A stretch of 39,817 nt of DNA, taken from the IMG/VR virus record IMGVR_UViG_3300046380_000002, positions 1 to 39,817 of that record; one strand, written 5' to 3'. This DNA comes from a virus (lineage: Duplodnaviria > Caudoviricetes). How positions within the stretch are numbered: position 1 is the first letter of the stretch; every line of letters begins with the position of its first letter. Below are positions 22,959 through 31,929 of the stretch, in pieces. Made by a program: the position numbers and the translations under genes. The notes beneath the pieces are model-generated. The model did not search any database. It worked only from the letters and a program-made list of their open reading frames with translations, and was not told where the DNA came from.

Positions 22959-24692
22959 GTGGATGGTGTTGTTTCCGGGAAGTTGCCGGTCCCTTATGAT
23001 GCGCTGATTGAGCTTGGGGTAACCCATGAGCAGATCATTGAAGCGTCTGACCGTGAGCCGTTGGTGGTGGCTTGTCGGGCTTCTGAGCATCCTGGCGCTT
23101 GGTTCGATGTGGAGCGGGCTCGCAGGGCGCTGAAGGCGTTGGGCGCGTTCCGGCATACCAAGGGCCGCTGGGCTGGTGTTCCGATGCGCCTGGGCGAGGG
23201 CTTGGACTCTTGGCAGGTTGTCTGGGTCCTGGCACCGGTTTTTGGCTGGGTCTATCACGATGAAGAGATTGATCGTGTTGTTCGCGTTGTCCGTTCTGTG
23301 TGGATTGAGATTCCGCGCAAGAACGGTAAGAGCACGTTTGCGTCCGGCATTTCGGGCGTGCTGTTGCTTGCTGATGGCGAGATGGGCGCGGAGGTTTATA
23401 ACGCGGCTGGCTCTACTACGCAGGCGGGGCGCGTGTTTGAGGATGCTAAGCGCATGCTGATGACGTCGAAGGCCGCAGCATCACGTATCGAGCCGTTGAA
23501 GGACGTTGTTCGCGTCCCCAAGACGATGAGCATTCTGCGGGTGCTGTCTCGTGTTGCTGAGACTGCGCACGGCTTGAATGTTTCCGGCGCGACGATTGAT
23601 GAGATCCATACGCTGCGTCTTCAGCGCAAGCTTGTGGAGGCCATTGAGACGGGCACGGGTGCCCGTGACCAGCCTCTGATTGTGTTCATCACGACGGCGG
23701 ATGAGGCCGAAGAGGGCACCATCTACGACGAGAAGCACATGTATACCCGCAATGTCGCCAATGGCGTTGTGAATGATCCGCGCTTTTATGGTGTGATCTG
23801 GGCGGCCGAGGAAACGGACGATCCGTTCGCGGAGGCTACATGGCGCAAGGCTAATCCTGGCCTTGGTAAGTCCCCGACGCTGGCGTATATGCGTGACCAG
23901 GCTTTGAAGGCTCAGTCTTCCCCGTCCGCATTCCCGGCTTTCTGCCAGCTGTCTTTGAATCTGCGTATGCGGAATCAGTCTCGCTGGGTGGATCTCGATA
24001 AGTGGGATAAGACGGCGGCGCCACTGCAGCGCTCGGCACTCCGGGGCCGGCGAGCGTGGGGCGGCTTGGACTTGTCTGCGGTTTCTGACTTCACGGCATG
24101 GTCTGTGTGGGCTGAATCGAACCGTCCAGGCTTTCAGTTGGATTTGTTCACGCGCTTTTGGGTGCCGGCTGAGAAGGTCACTGATCTTCAGCAGCAGTTG
24201 CAGGTGCCTTTGCAGCAGTGGATTGATGACGGCTGGGTTACGGCGACTGAGGGTGATGTCATCGACTATTCGTCGGTGAAAGAGGCTGTCGTTGATGACT
24301 GTAAGCACTTCAACATGCAGCGTGTCAGCTATGACCGGATGTTTGCCGGCCAGTTGGTGCAGGAGCTCGACGCCGATTTGAAGGGTGTTGAGATTGCCCC
24401 GGTTGCGCAGACGTTCCTTGGCTTGTCTCCCGCTTGCAAGGAGATGGAGCGGCTGTGGTCCAAGGGGACGATGCGCCATGAAGATAATCCAGTCATGCGG
24501 TGGATGGCCTCTGTTGTGGAGGTCAAGAACGATGGCTTGGACAATGTCCGGCCGGTCAAGCCTGACCGTAAGAAGTCGAGTTCTCGCATTGATGGTTTCC
24601 AGGCTGCGGTTACGGCCATGGATGGCATTGTGCGCACGAGTTTGAAGAAAAAGACCAGCGTGATTTACACCGGATCCAGTACCAGGAGGTAA
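22959..24692 (+). CDS. terL: Terminase large subunit
   Basis: Walker A IPRKNGKST, Walker B IDEIH, ITTA, KANP.LG, GGLDLS nuclease, RIDG..A; start placed at GTG after GGAGG. Confidence 0.96.
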   Translation: MDGVVSGKLPVPYDALIELGVTHEQIIEASDREPLVVACRASEHPGAWFDVERARRALKALGAFRHTKGRWAGVPMRLGEGLDSWQVVWVLAPVFGWVYHDEEIDRVVRVVRSVWIEIPRKNGKSTFASGISGVLLLADGEMGAEVYNAAGSTTQAGRVFEDAKRMLMTSKAAASRIEPLKDVVRVPKTMSILRVLSRVAETAHGLNVSGATIDEIHTLRLQRKLVEAIETGTGARDQPLIVFITTADEAEEGTIYDEKHMYTRNVANGVVNDPRFYGVIWAAEETDDPFAEATWRKANPGLGKSPTLAYMRDQALKAQSSPSAFPAFCQLSLNLRMRNQSRWVDLDKWDKTAAPLQRSALRGRRAWGGLDLSAVSDFTAWSVWAESNRPGFQLDLFTRFWVPAEKVTDLQQQLQVPLQQWIDDGWVTATEGDVIDYSSVKEAVVDDCKHFNMQRVSYDRMFAGQLVQELDADLKGVEIAPVAQTFLGLSPACKEMERLWSKGTMRHEDNPVMRWMASVVEVKNDGLDNVRPVKPDRKKSSSRIDGFQAAVTAMDGIVRTSLKKKTSVIYTGSSTRR

Positions 24693-24695
24693 TTG

Positions 24696-26156
24696 ATGGG
24701 CCTTCTGTCGATGGATGATGCGATGAAGATGACAGAGACGCATAGCCGGGAGCTTATTTACCGGCGCCCGGCCATTGATGAGCGGCTGAATTACTTCCGC
24801 GGGACCACTGGGACCTTGAAGTATGCGTCGGAGAAGTTCGGCGAGTATTTCAGCCGCCGGTTCTCTGGCTTTTCGGATAACTGGTGCATGCCAGTGGCCC
24901 AGGCCGCTGCTGAGCGCATGAACTACACCGGTTTCCGCCTGTGGGGCGAGAACAAGGGCTTCGACATGGAGCTTGCTCGCGTGTGGGAGGCGAATGACGG
25001 GGACCGTGGATCTTCTGAGGCATTCCTTGTCTTCGGGGCAGCTTCCCGCGCCTACGCTCTCGTCTCTCCCAACGACGGCATTACCCCGCGGATCACGTGG
25101 GAGCACCCTTCCCAGACGCTGGTTGACACTGACCCGCAGACCGGCGAGCGTCGTTCCGCTCTTGTGGTGTGGGTTGACGACAAGATGGACTATGCCACCC
25201 TGTATACGCCGGATTGGATCTATAAGTTCCAGCGGGAAACGGGTGAAGATCGGTTCCTGAACTATGACCGGGACGGTCGATACTTCGATCGGGCCGTGTT
25301 GGGTGGCTGGTCACCTCGCATCGTTGATGGGGAGATGGCGCAGCCTGAGTCGAACCCGCTGGGTGTCGTCCCGGTGGTGGAGTTGCGCAATCAGACGTTG
25401 CTTGACGATTCCCCGATTAGCGATATTCAGGGCGTCATGGCGATGCAGGACAGCGTCAACCTTGTGTGGGCGTACCTGTTGAACGCGTTGGATTCGGCGT
25501 CACTGCCGCAGCGTGTGGTGACCGGTGCTGACGTGCCGCAGATACCTGTGCTTGACGATCAGGGGCAGCAGATTGGTACCCGGCCGGTGGAGCTGGACAA
25601 GCTTCACGGTGAGGCGATTCTGTGGCTGCCTGATGACGCGGCGAAGATCGCCGAGTGGTCTGTGGCCCAGCTTGACGCTTTCGGTTCGGTCATTGAGCGC
25701 GGCGTTGAGCATATTGCCGCACAGACTCGCACCCCGCCGCATTACCTTGTGGCGAAGATGGTGAACACGGCGGCCGAGTCGCTGACCATCGCCGAGGCTG
25801 GGCTTGTGTCCAAGACTCGTGAGCGGATCCGCTACGTCAACCCCGCGCTTCGGGAGATAAACCGCCTGGTTGCTCTCAGCCAAGGAGCGGATGACAAGCG
25901 AGTGTTGGCGATTGCGTCCGGGCAAAACCTGTGGGGCGACGTCCAATACCGCTCTGAGGCGCAGATGGCCGACGCGATGCTGAAGATGAAGCAGGTTGGC
26001 TTCCCCTTCGAATACATTGCTGAGCGGTACGGTCTGGGCCCGGATGAAGTTCAGCGCGTCCTTGAGATGAGGAAGGCCGAGCTTGCGGCGGATCCACTTG
26101 CCGCGGCCCAGGCATCCATGGAAGCGGCCCAGCAGCAGAAGATACAGGTTCTGTAA
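24696..26156 (+). CDS. Portal protein (SPP1 gp6-like)
   Basis: NWC..V, NPLGVVPVV, QD.VN, PQRVVTG, T.TPPHYL, W.D; position after terL. Confidence 0.93.
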   Translation: MGLLSMDDAMKMTETHSRELIYRRPAIDERLNYFRGTTGTLKYASEKFGEYFSRRFSGFSDNWCMPVAQAAAERMNYTGFRLWGENKGFDMELARVWEANDGDRGSSEAFLVFGAASRAYALVSPNDGITPRITWEHPSQTLVDTDPQTGERRSALVVWVDDKMDYATLYTPDWIYKFQRETGEDRFLNYDRDGRYFDRAVLGGWSPRIVDGEMAQPESNPLGVVPVVELRNQTLLDDSPISDIQGVMAMQDSVNLVWAYLLNALDSASLPQRVVTGADVPQIPVLDDQGQQIGTRPVELDKLHGEAILWLPDDAAKIAEWSVAQLDAFGSVIERGVEHIAAQTRTPPHYLVAKMVNTAAESLTIAEAGLVSKTRERIRYVNPALREINRLVALSQGADDKRVLAIASGQNLWGDVQYRSEAQMADAMLKMKQVGFPFEYIAERYGLGPDEVQRVLEMRKAELAADPLAAAQASMEAAQQQKIQVL

Positions 26157-27125
26157 GTGCAAACGGCCGAGACCCTGGCGGCTGAGCGATACCTACAGAT
26201 GGTGCAGATCAGCAACACGGCGGCATACCGTTCGCAGGCCATGTGGCAGATGGTGGACCGGGCCCGGATTGCGGCGTCGTGGGCTGAGATGTTGCCCAAC
26301 GTGGTGCAAACCGTCATGGCGGCGCAGTATCTGGCGGCGTCGGGTGCTGAGGATTACGTCACCAGCACTCTTGCCGTGCAGCACCTTGATCCGGCCGGCG
26401 CGCAGTTGGTGCCGACTGCATTTGCTGGCGCTGCCGCTGATGGGCGCAGTCTAGCCGGGCTTCTCTCGTCCCCTGTCTATACGACGCTGGACGGGATCAG
26501 GCAGGGCATGGGCGTTGATCGAGCAATGGGCGCCGGGCTGAATCAGTTGCTGATGCTGGCCTCTTCGACGGTGACGGACGCCGGGCGTGTTGCTGACGGT
26601 GTTGGTGTTGCTTCTCGCAGCACTCGCACCGGGTATATCCGCATGCTTTCGCCGCCGTCATGCTCGCGCTGCGCGGTGCTGGCCGGGAAGTTCTACAAAT
26701 GGAATTCCGGTTTCCAGCGGCATCCGCAGTGTAAGTGCATCCACATCCCCACGGAAGAGAACGCGTCTGGCGATAAGCGTACCGACCCATACGCCTACTT
26801 CAAGAGTCTTTCTGCTGATGATCAGCGGAAGTACTTCACGGACGCCGGGGCGAAGGCTATCAACGATGGCGCGGACATCTACCAGGTTGTGAACGCCCGC
26901 CGTGGCATGAATGCGGCCGGTATGAAAACGACTGAGGGCACGTCAAAGCGCGGCTATTACCGCAGCATCTCAGGCTCAAAAGTGCGCCTGACCCCTGAGG
27001 CGATCTACAAGCTGAACGGCAATGACCGGATCGCCGCAATGGCTGATCTCGAAAAGTACGGGTACATCTTATCGACCGGTCAGGTTCCGGGCGGTTCTAT
27101 CAAGAATGGCGGCGGCTGGCGGTAG
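26157..27125 (+). CDS. Head maturation / MuF-like minor capsid protein
   Basis: GYIRML.PPSC.RC.VLAG..Y.....F.RHP.C.C.H.P; QVVNARRG; RLTPE.I. Confidence 0.8.
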   Translation: MQTAETLAAERYLQMVQISNTAAYRSQAMWQMVDRARIAASWAEMLPNVVQTVMAAQYLAASGAEDYVTSTLAVQHLDPAGAQLVPTAFAGAAADGRSLAGLLSSPVYTTLDGIRQGMGVDRAMGAGLNQLLMLASSTVTDAGRVADGVGVASRSTRTGYIRMLSPPSCSRCAVLAGKFYKWNSGFQRHPQCKCIHIPTEENASGDKRTDPYAYFKSLSADDQRKYFTDAGAKAINDGADIYQVVNARRGMNAAGMKTTEGTSKRGYYRSISGSKVRLTPEAIYKLNGNDRIAAMADLEKYGYILSTGQVPGGSIKNGGGWR

Positions 27126-27140
27126 TCAGCCCTGCACCTC

Positions 27141-27189
27141 AACCCCTTGACGCAATGTCAGGGGGTTTTCTTATGCCCCGCAACGGGGC
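27141..27189 (+). promoter_or_regulatory. Terminator-like hairpin plus second hairpin in the scaffold leader
   Basis: AACCCCTTGAC-GCAAT-GTCAGGGGGTT-TTC and GCCCC-GCAAC-GGGGC. Confidence 0.6.
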
Positions 27190-27210
27190 GTGAACAGAAG
27201 GAAAAAGATC

Positions 27211-27957
27211 ATGGCACGCACCATTCACGGAATTGACCTGACCGCACCGGGCGGCATTGAGCAGTTGTTCGCGTTCCACCGTCAGACCTTCGGCAATGCC
27301 GTCATGGAGGAAGGTGCTGGTGGTGAAGGCGGTGAAGGTGCCGCCGCGGGTGCTGCTGGCGGCGAAGGCGAAGGTGCGGGCGGTACCAGTGGCGAGGGCG
27401 GCGAAGGCGCCCAGGGTGCTGGCGTCGAATCGCTCGGTGACGCTGGCAAGCGCGCCCTGGACGCGATGAAGGCCGAGCGTAACGCGGCGAAGGCTGAGAA
27501 GGCGACTCTGGCCGCCGAACTGAAGGCGCTCAAGGATGCCGCCGCGCTCGCTGACAAGCCGGCCGATGAGCAGGCCATTGAGAAGGCCCGGCAGGAAGCA
27601 CGCGCCGAGGCCACGGACGCAGCAAACGCCCGCCTGATCAAGGCTGAGGTCAAGGCCGCCTCTGTAGGAAAACTTGCCAACCCCGAGTTGGCCCAAAAGC
27701 TCATTGACGTTTCTGGCATCACGGTTGATGCCAACGGCGACGTTGATGCGGATGCTGTAGCCGCAGCGGTTACGGAACTTCTCACGCAGTACCCCTCGCT
27801 GGCCGCGCAAGGCGGAGCAAGGCAGTTCGATAGTGGCCGTGGCAAGCAGGCCCCCGCCGGACAACTCACCCAAGCAGACCTGAAGGGCATGTCAGCGGAG
27901 GCCATCGTCAAGGCCGAATCCGAGGGCAGGCTCGACCGACTCAAGGGTAAGCAGTAA
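27211..27957 (+). CDS. Scaffolding protein
   Basis: Gly/Glu-rich N-terminus, LGDAGKRALDAMK.ER coiled coil; position before the capsid gene. Confidence 0.9.
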   Translation: MARTIHGIDLTAPGGIEQLFAFHRQTFGNAVMEEGAGGEGGEGAAAGAAGGEGEGAGGTSGEGGEGAQGAGVESLGDAGKRALDAMKAERNAAKAEKATLAAELKALKDAAALADKPADEQAIEKARQEARAEATDAANARLIKAEVKAASVGKLANPELAQKLIDVSGITVDANGDVDADAVAAAVTELLTQYPSLAAQGGARQFDSGRGKQAPAGQLTQADLKGMSAEAIVKAESEGRLDRLKGKQ

Positions 27958-27998
27958 CCCCTCCACCTCATGCATGACCAATCGAAAGGGTGTCCATC

Positions 27999-28832
27999 GT
28001 GACAGCTCTCAATTTCATCCCCCAGCTTTGGGAATCCAAGCTGCTCATCGGCTTCCGGCAGGCGGCCGTTTGGGCGGCGCTGACCAACCGCGAGTACGAA
28101 GGCGCGCTGACTTCCGGCAATCAGTTGAACATCACTGGCCTGACCGAGATCGCCGTCAAGGACTACAAGGCCGCTGGCCGCACCACGTCCGCCGATGCAA
28201 TCTCGGACACCACGCAGTCTCTTCTCATCAACCAGGAGAAGAACTTCGACTTCAAGGTTGACGACATCGACCGCATTCAGGCGGCTGGTTCGTTCGGTGA
28301 GTACACGGCATCCGCCGCGTACGGGCTCGCCAACGATGCGGACCTGTTCCTTGCGAACCTCGCCTTCTCCACCGCTACGGCGCTGACGACCACGGCGGGC
28401 ACTCTTGGCGCCAACCCCACCGACGCAACCAGCGCATGGAACGCCCTGCGTGATGTGCGCAAGTCGCTGAACAAGGCCAAGGTCCCGCAGGGTGACCGTG
28501 TGGTCATCTTCAATGCCGAGTTTGAGGCGCTGCTGGACGCGAACGACGCCAAGCTGATGGCCTCGCAGACCGCGGGCACCACGGACGGCCTGCGCAACGC
28601 TTCCTTGGGCCGCATGCTCGGCTTCGACACCTACACGACCGAGAACATGCAGAGCACGGCCAAGCCGCAGGTTATCGGCCTGCACAAGTCCGCCCTGGCG
28701 TTCGCGTCGCAGGTCCAGTCCGTTGAGGGCATGCGTGACGTGAACAGCTTCGCTGACCGCGTGCGCGGCCTGCACGTCTACGGCGCCAAGACAATCCGGC
28801 CCACCGGCATCGTGTCTGTGACGGCCGCCTGA
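27999..28832 (+). CDS. Major capsid protein
   Basis: NFIP.LW, NREYEG, VDDID..Q, VP..DR, G.MLGF, FADRVRGLHVYGAK; start GTG 27999 (or 27990). Confidence 0.93.
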   Translation: MTALNFIPQLWESKLLIGFRQAAVWAALTNREYEGALTSGNQLNITGLTEIAVKDYKAAGRTTSADAISDTTQSLLINQEKNFDFKVDDIDRIQAAGSFGEYTASAAYGLANDADLFLANLAFSTATALTTTAGTLGANPTDATSAWNALRDVRKSLNKAKVPQGDRVVIFNAEFEALLDANDAKLMASQTAGTTDGLRNASLGRMLGFDTYTTENMQSTAKPQVIGLHKSALAFASQVQSVEGMRDVNSFADRVRGLHVYGAKTIRPTGIVSVTAA

Positions 28833-29023
28833 TGGCGCTCGTAAAGGGCGCGAATGGCATCGTCTTCGACTCCGTCAGTTCCATTGCGTCGGGGCTCGTT
28901 GGTGGCGGCCATGCCGTCTATGTTGATGAGGCTGGCGAGCCGTCCGATGTTCCGGTGGAGCTCGTTGACGAGGTTGATGAGGCTGGCGAGCCGTCCAAGG
29001 ACACAAAGGTAGCTAAGGGGTAG
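28832..29023 (+). CDS. Small acidic virion-associated protein with internal 24-bp duplication
   Basis: GTTGATGAGGCTGGCGAGCCGTCC at 28922 and 28973 (VDEAGEPS twice); TGATG coupling with the capsid gene. Confidence 0.7.
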   Translation: MALVKGANGIVFDSVSSIASGLVGGGHAVYVDEAGEPSDVPVELVDEVDEAGEPSKDTKVAKG

Positions 29024-29026
29024 CAA

Positions 29027-29635
29027 GTGACTGATTTGATCAGCACGACGGACTTGCAAGAGTACGGCGTCGTCATTGCGAGTACGGAGACGGCCGTCGT
29101 CGGCCGCTTGATCCGTTCCGCATCGGCTGCCGTGTGCAATGCGGCTGGCGCGCCGATCATCCAGTCAACTTCTACGGTCACACTGACGGCCTTCGACGGT
29201 CCGCTTCTACGCCTGCCGGGTCTTCCGATTCAATCCGTTGCATCTGTCGCGGACGCCAGTGGAGCGGTCATCACCGACTGGATACTGGCGTCCGCGGGAG
29301 TGTATCGGCGGTCTGGCTGGGGACTCTCTGATGCTCCAGGCCTGGATGGCCCGCAGCAGATCACCGTGACGTATACGCATGGCTTAGCTTCGGTCCCGGA
29401 CGACATCGCCGAACTGGTGGTGTCAATCGTCATCGCCGGGCTTGAGGCGTTCCGATCCGGCGACCTCGGACTGAATAACGGGCGCGTGTCATCTGTGGGA
29501 ATCGATGACTACAAGGAAGCCTATGCGACCGGCCTTGAGGTTGAGGCCGTGACGCCCATGACGCTCCCTTCACGTACGCGTAACTGGTTGGCGGCCCGCT
29601 TCGGCAATGGCTCTCAGGTGGTGCATACGTTGTGA
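29027..29635 (+). CDS. Head-to-tail adaptor
   Basis: LRLPG.P..SV.SV, VTYTHG...VPDDI..LV, IDDY; synteny. Confidence 0.85.
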   Translation: MTDLISTTDLQEYGVVIASTETAVVGRLIRSASAAVCNAAGAPIIQSTSTVTLTAFDGPLLRLPGLPIQSVASVADASGAVITDWILASAGVYRRSGWGLSDAPGLDGPQQITVTYTHGLASVPDDIAELVVSIVIAGLEAFRSGDLGLNNGRVSSVGIDDYKEAYATGLEVEAVTPMTLPSRTRNWLAARFGNGSQVVHTL

Positions 29636-30027
29636 ATCTTGATGGCATTCTCTCCCGCGCCCGGCGCATGGCCGAGCGTCTCATGGTCGATCAGTGCATT
29701 GTGCGCCGGCAGACGGGTTTGGCGACGGATCCCGCAACGGGTGTCGTTTCGCCAGCCTATGAGGCCATCTATTCGGGTAAGTGCAAGGTGCAGACCTTCA
29801 CTAATCGGGAGCTGATGAAGGAGGCCGGCGAGCACCAGTTTGTCATTCAACGGTATGAGGTTCAGGTTCCGGTTTCGGCGGTGGGGATCATGACCAATGA
29901 CGAGGTTTTGATGACCGTTTCTGCCTATGACGCTGACCTTGTGGGGCGCTCTTATCGGATCGTCGGTTTGATGAATAAGTCGCAGGCTACGGCTCGTCGT
30001 CTCGGAGTGGAGGAGATGCCTTCATGA
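29632..30027 (+). CDS. Head-to-tail stopper (DUF6093-like)
   Basis: AE.LM.D.C.V.R, DP.TG, YSGKCKVQ, TARR. Confidence 0.85.
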   Translation: MNLDGILSRARRMAERLMVDQCIVRRQTGLATDPATGVVSPAYEAIYSGKCKVQTFTNRELMKEAGEHQFVIQRYEVQVPVSAVGIMTNDEVLMTVSAYDADLVGRSYRIVGLMNKSQATARRLGVEEMPS

Positions 30028-30440
30028 GCACTGTTGAGACTTTCACTGTTGACACGCATGAGCTTAGTCAGTTGACTGCGGACTTGATTAGGGCTGCTCC
30101 GTTGGCGGTTTTGAAGGTGGAGCCGATTGTCAAGAAGGCCGCTCAGAACATCAAGGTAGCGATGCAGGCTGATGCGAGTAAGTCGCGGCATTTCGGTCAG
30201 ATCGCTAGGACGATCAACTATGACATCACCGCGCACGAGTTTGGTGGGGATGCGAGCGTTGATGCGGAGATCGGTTACGACAAGCATGCCGGGCCTGCTG
30301 CGTCGTTGGCGGGTATTGCGATCTTTGGCAGTTCTAAGCCTGGTGGTGGCACTGTGCGTAACCCGGTGGAGGCGCTGAATGATGAGGCGCCGAAGCTTGA
30401 GGCGGCGCTGGGTGTTATTGGTGACGGGATCCTGATTTGA
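30024..30440 (+). CDS. Neck / tail completion protein (HK97 gp10-like)
   Basis: V.K.A.NIK, I.YD, AEIG, LA.IA.FG; synteny. Confidence 0.75.
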   Translation: MSTVETFTVDTHELSQLTADLIRAAPLAVLKVEPIVKKAAQNIKVAMQADASKSRHFGQIARTINYDITAHEFGGDASVDAEIGYDKHAGPAASLAGIAIFGSSKPGGGTVRNPVEALNDEAPKLEAALGVIGDGILI

Positions 30441-30844
30441 GCGCGGACATTGCCGCACATTATGCGGCGGTCAGGGCGCTCCTGCCGTCCGGTTTGCAGT
30501 CCTATTCCGGCGTTGTCCCTGATACGCCTGTGTACCCGTACGTGGTGATTTGGGGGAGTCCTGGCACGGAGGATTCTGAGGCGCTTTCGGATGATCCATC
30601 GACTTTGACGCTTCGGGCGTACGCAACGTATGCCGGTCTGTCGTTTGACTCTGTTGCTATCACGATCAGCCGGGTTCGTGCCGTGTTGAACCGTGCCCGT
30701 CCCGTTGTTGCTGGGCGTGTGACTTCGCGTCTTGTGCAGTCCTCTCAGCAACCTATCCAAGCCGATCTTGGCGTATCAGTCCCCGGCATTGGGCACCCGT
30801 TCTATGCCGTGGATCAGTACGAGCTGATCAGCGATCCCGCATAA
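30437..30844 (+). CDS. Tail terminator protein
   Basis: VP..P.YPYVV.W; synteny before the major tail gene. Confidence 0.8.
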   Translation: MSADIAAHYAAVRALLPSGLQSYSGVVPDTPVYPYVVIWGSPGTEDSEALSDDPSTLTLRAYATYAGLSFDSVAITISRVRAVLNRARPVVAGRVTSRLVQSSQQPIQADLGVSVPGIGHPFYAVDQYELISDPA

Positions 30845-30862
30845 CACCGAAGGAGGTCTGCC

Positions 30863-31054
30863 ATGGACCCGCTCATTGATGCCTGGCGCGAAAGTACTGG
30901 GCAGAAGTACGAATTCCAGATCCCGGCGTCGTGGATTGAGGCTGGCCTTGCGCCGGGCTTGACCGCGACCGACCCGGGCCAGTCCGAACCAGAACCGCCT
31001 GAGCCCGCCGGGCTGGGCGAACCACTCGAAACATCAACCCCGGAAGAGGTTTGA
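30863..31054 (+). CDS. Small hypothetical virion-region protein
   Basis: AAGGAGG RBS; TGQK....P..W; acidic Pro-rich tail. Confidence 0.7.
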   Translation: MDPLIDAWRESTGQKYEFQIPASWIEAGLAPGLTATDPGQSEPEPPEPAGLGEPLETSTPEEV

Positions 31055-31056
31055 CC

Positions 31057-31563
31057 ATGCCCCGTTCACTCGCTATTGGAGCCGTGAAGTTGACGGTCCT
31101 GACCGTTGCACCTGCTGCGCCCGGTGTCCTGTCCCTTGCCACTGACTTGACTGGTGGGAAGGATCTTTCGGACAACATTCTGAAGTCGTCCTACACGCTT
31201 GGTGCGACTGGCGCTGACAAGGTGAATGAGCCGTCTCTGGCGGCTACTACCAACTCGTCCGTGCCTGGCATGTCGAACTACAACGCGGACATGGAGTTCT
31301 TCCGCTACCTCGATGCCACGGGCAAGTCTGCCGCGTTGGAGGACATCCCGTTCACGCTCTTTACTGGCAAGGGCATTCGTGTCTGGCTGGTGGAGCGCAA
31401 GGGCCCGCAGTCCTCGACCGCACTCGCTACCGCGGATGTCGTGGACATTTACGAGGTGTTGACGGATGATCCGCGCCCGCCGAAGGATTACGCGTCCTAC
31501 CTGAAGTTTGGGCAGATGTTCCATGTTCAGAAGGTTTGGAACCGCGTAGCCATCACGGCGTAA
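31057..31563 (+). CDS. Major tail protein
   Basis: E..L.......PG..NY....FFRY, W.V.R.G, D.V.IY.V.TD.P; synteny. Confidence 0.88.
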   Translation: MPRSLAIGAVKLTVLTVAPAAPGVLSLATDLTGGKDLSDNILKSSYTLGATGADKVNEPSLAATTNSSVPGMSNYNADMEFFRYLDATGKSAALEDIPFTLFTGKGIRVWLVERKGPQSSTALATADVVDIYEVLTDDPRPPKDYASYLKFGQMFHVQKVWNRVAITA

Positions 31564-31569
31564 TTGACT

Positions 31570-31608
31570 GGCGGCGCGGGGTTGTTTCACAGGCTCCCTC
31601 GCGCCGCC
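31570..31608 (+). promoter_or_regulatory. Hairpin whose loop is antisense to downstream RBS regions
   Basis: 12-bp stem GGCGGCGCGGGG/CCTCGCGCCGCC; loop TTTCACAGGCTC complementary to GAGCCTGTGA at 31625, 31648 and 31919. Confidence 0.6.
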
Positions 31609-31661
31609 GCACCACCCCTTTGTTGAGCCTGTGACCACCACTTTTAGGAGCCTGTGAAGCC

Positions 31662-31928
31662 ATGCAAGGAATACCACTTGGACTGAAGCCATTCCATCCA
31701 ACTAATCCCGATCAGCTTGCGTTCATCGAAGCGAACGGCCTTGACCCGGCTGACGTGACTGCCGGGCAAATTGCCCAGGTCGATGGAGGGAAGCTGACCG
31801 TGAGGGTCATTGCGCGACGCGACAACAAGACACGCATCCTCAACGACGCTGGCGACGGATACGTGACCGAAAAGCGGACAGTACCGCTGCTGTCTGCCCC
31901 CGAAAACCATAATCTTAGGAGCCTGTGA
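31662..31928 (+). CDS. Hypothetical protein inserted between major tail and chaperone genes
   Basis: TAGGAG RBS; bounded by the 15-bp direct repeat TTAGGAGCCTGTGAA. Confidence 0.75.
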   Translation: MQGIPLGLKPFHPTNPDQLAFIEANGLDPADVTAGQIAQVDGGKLTVRVIARRDNKTRILNDAGDGYVTEKRTVPLLSAPENHNLRSL

Positions 31929-31929
31929 A

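Noticed and set aside
23481-28775. Long antisense ORFs (23481-25106, 27282-28775; also 11200-12273, 33951-34910)
   Set aside because: They shadow well-supported plus-strand genes, as expected in high-GC coding DNA.
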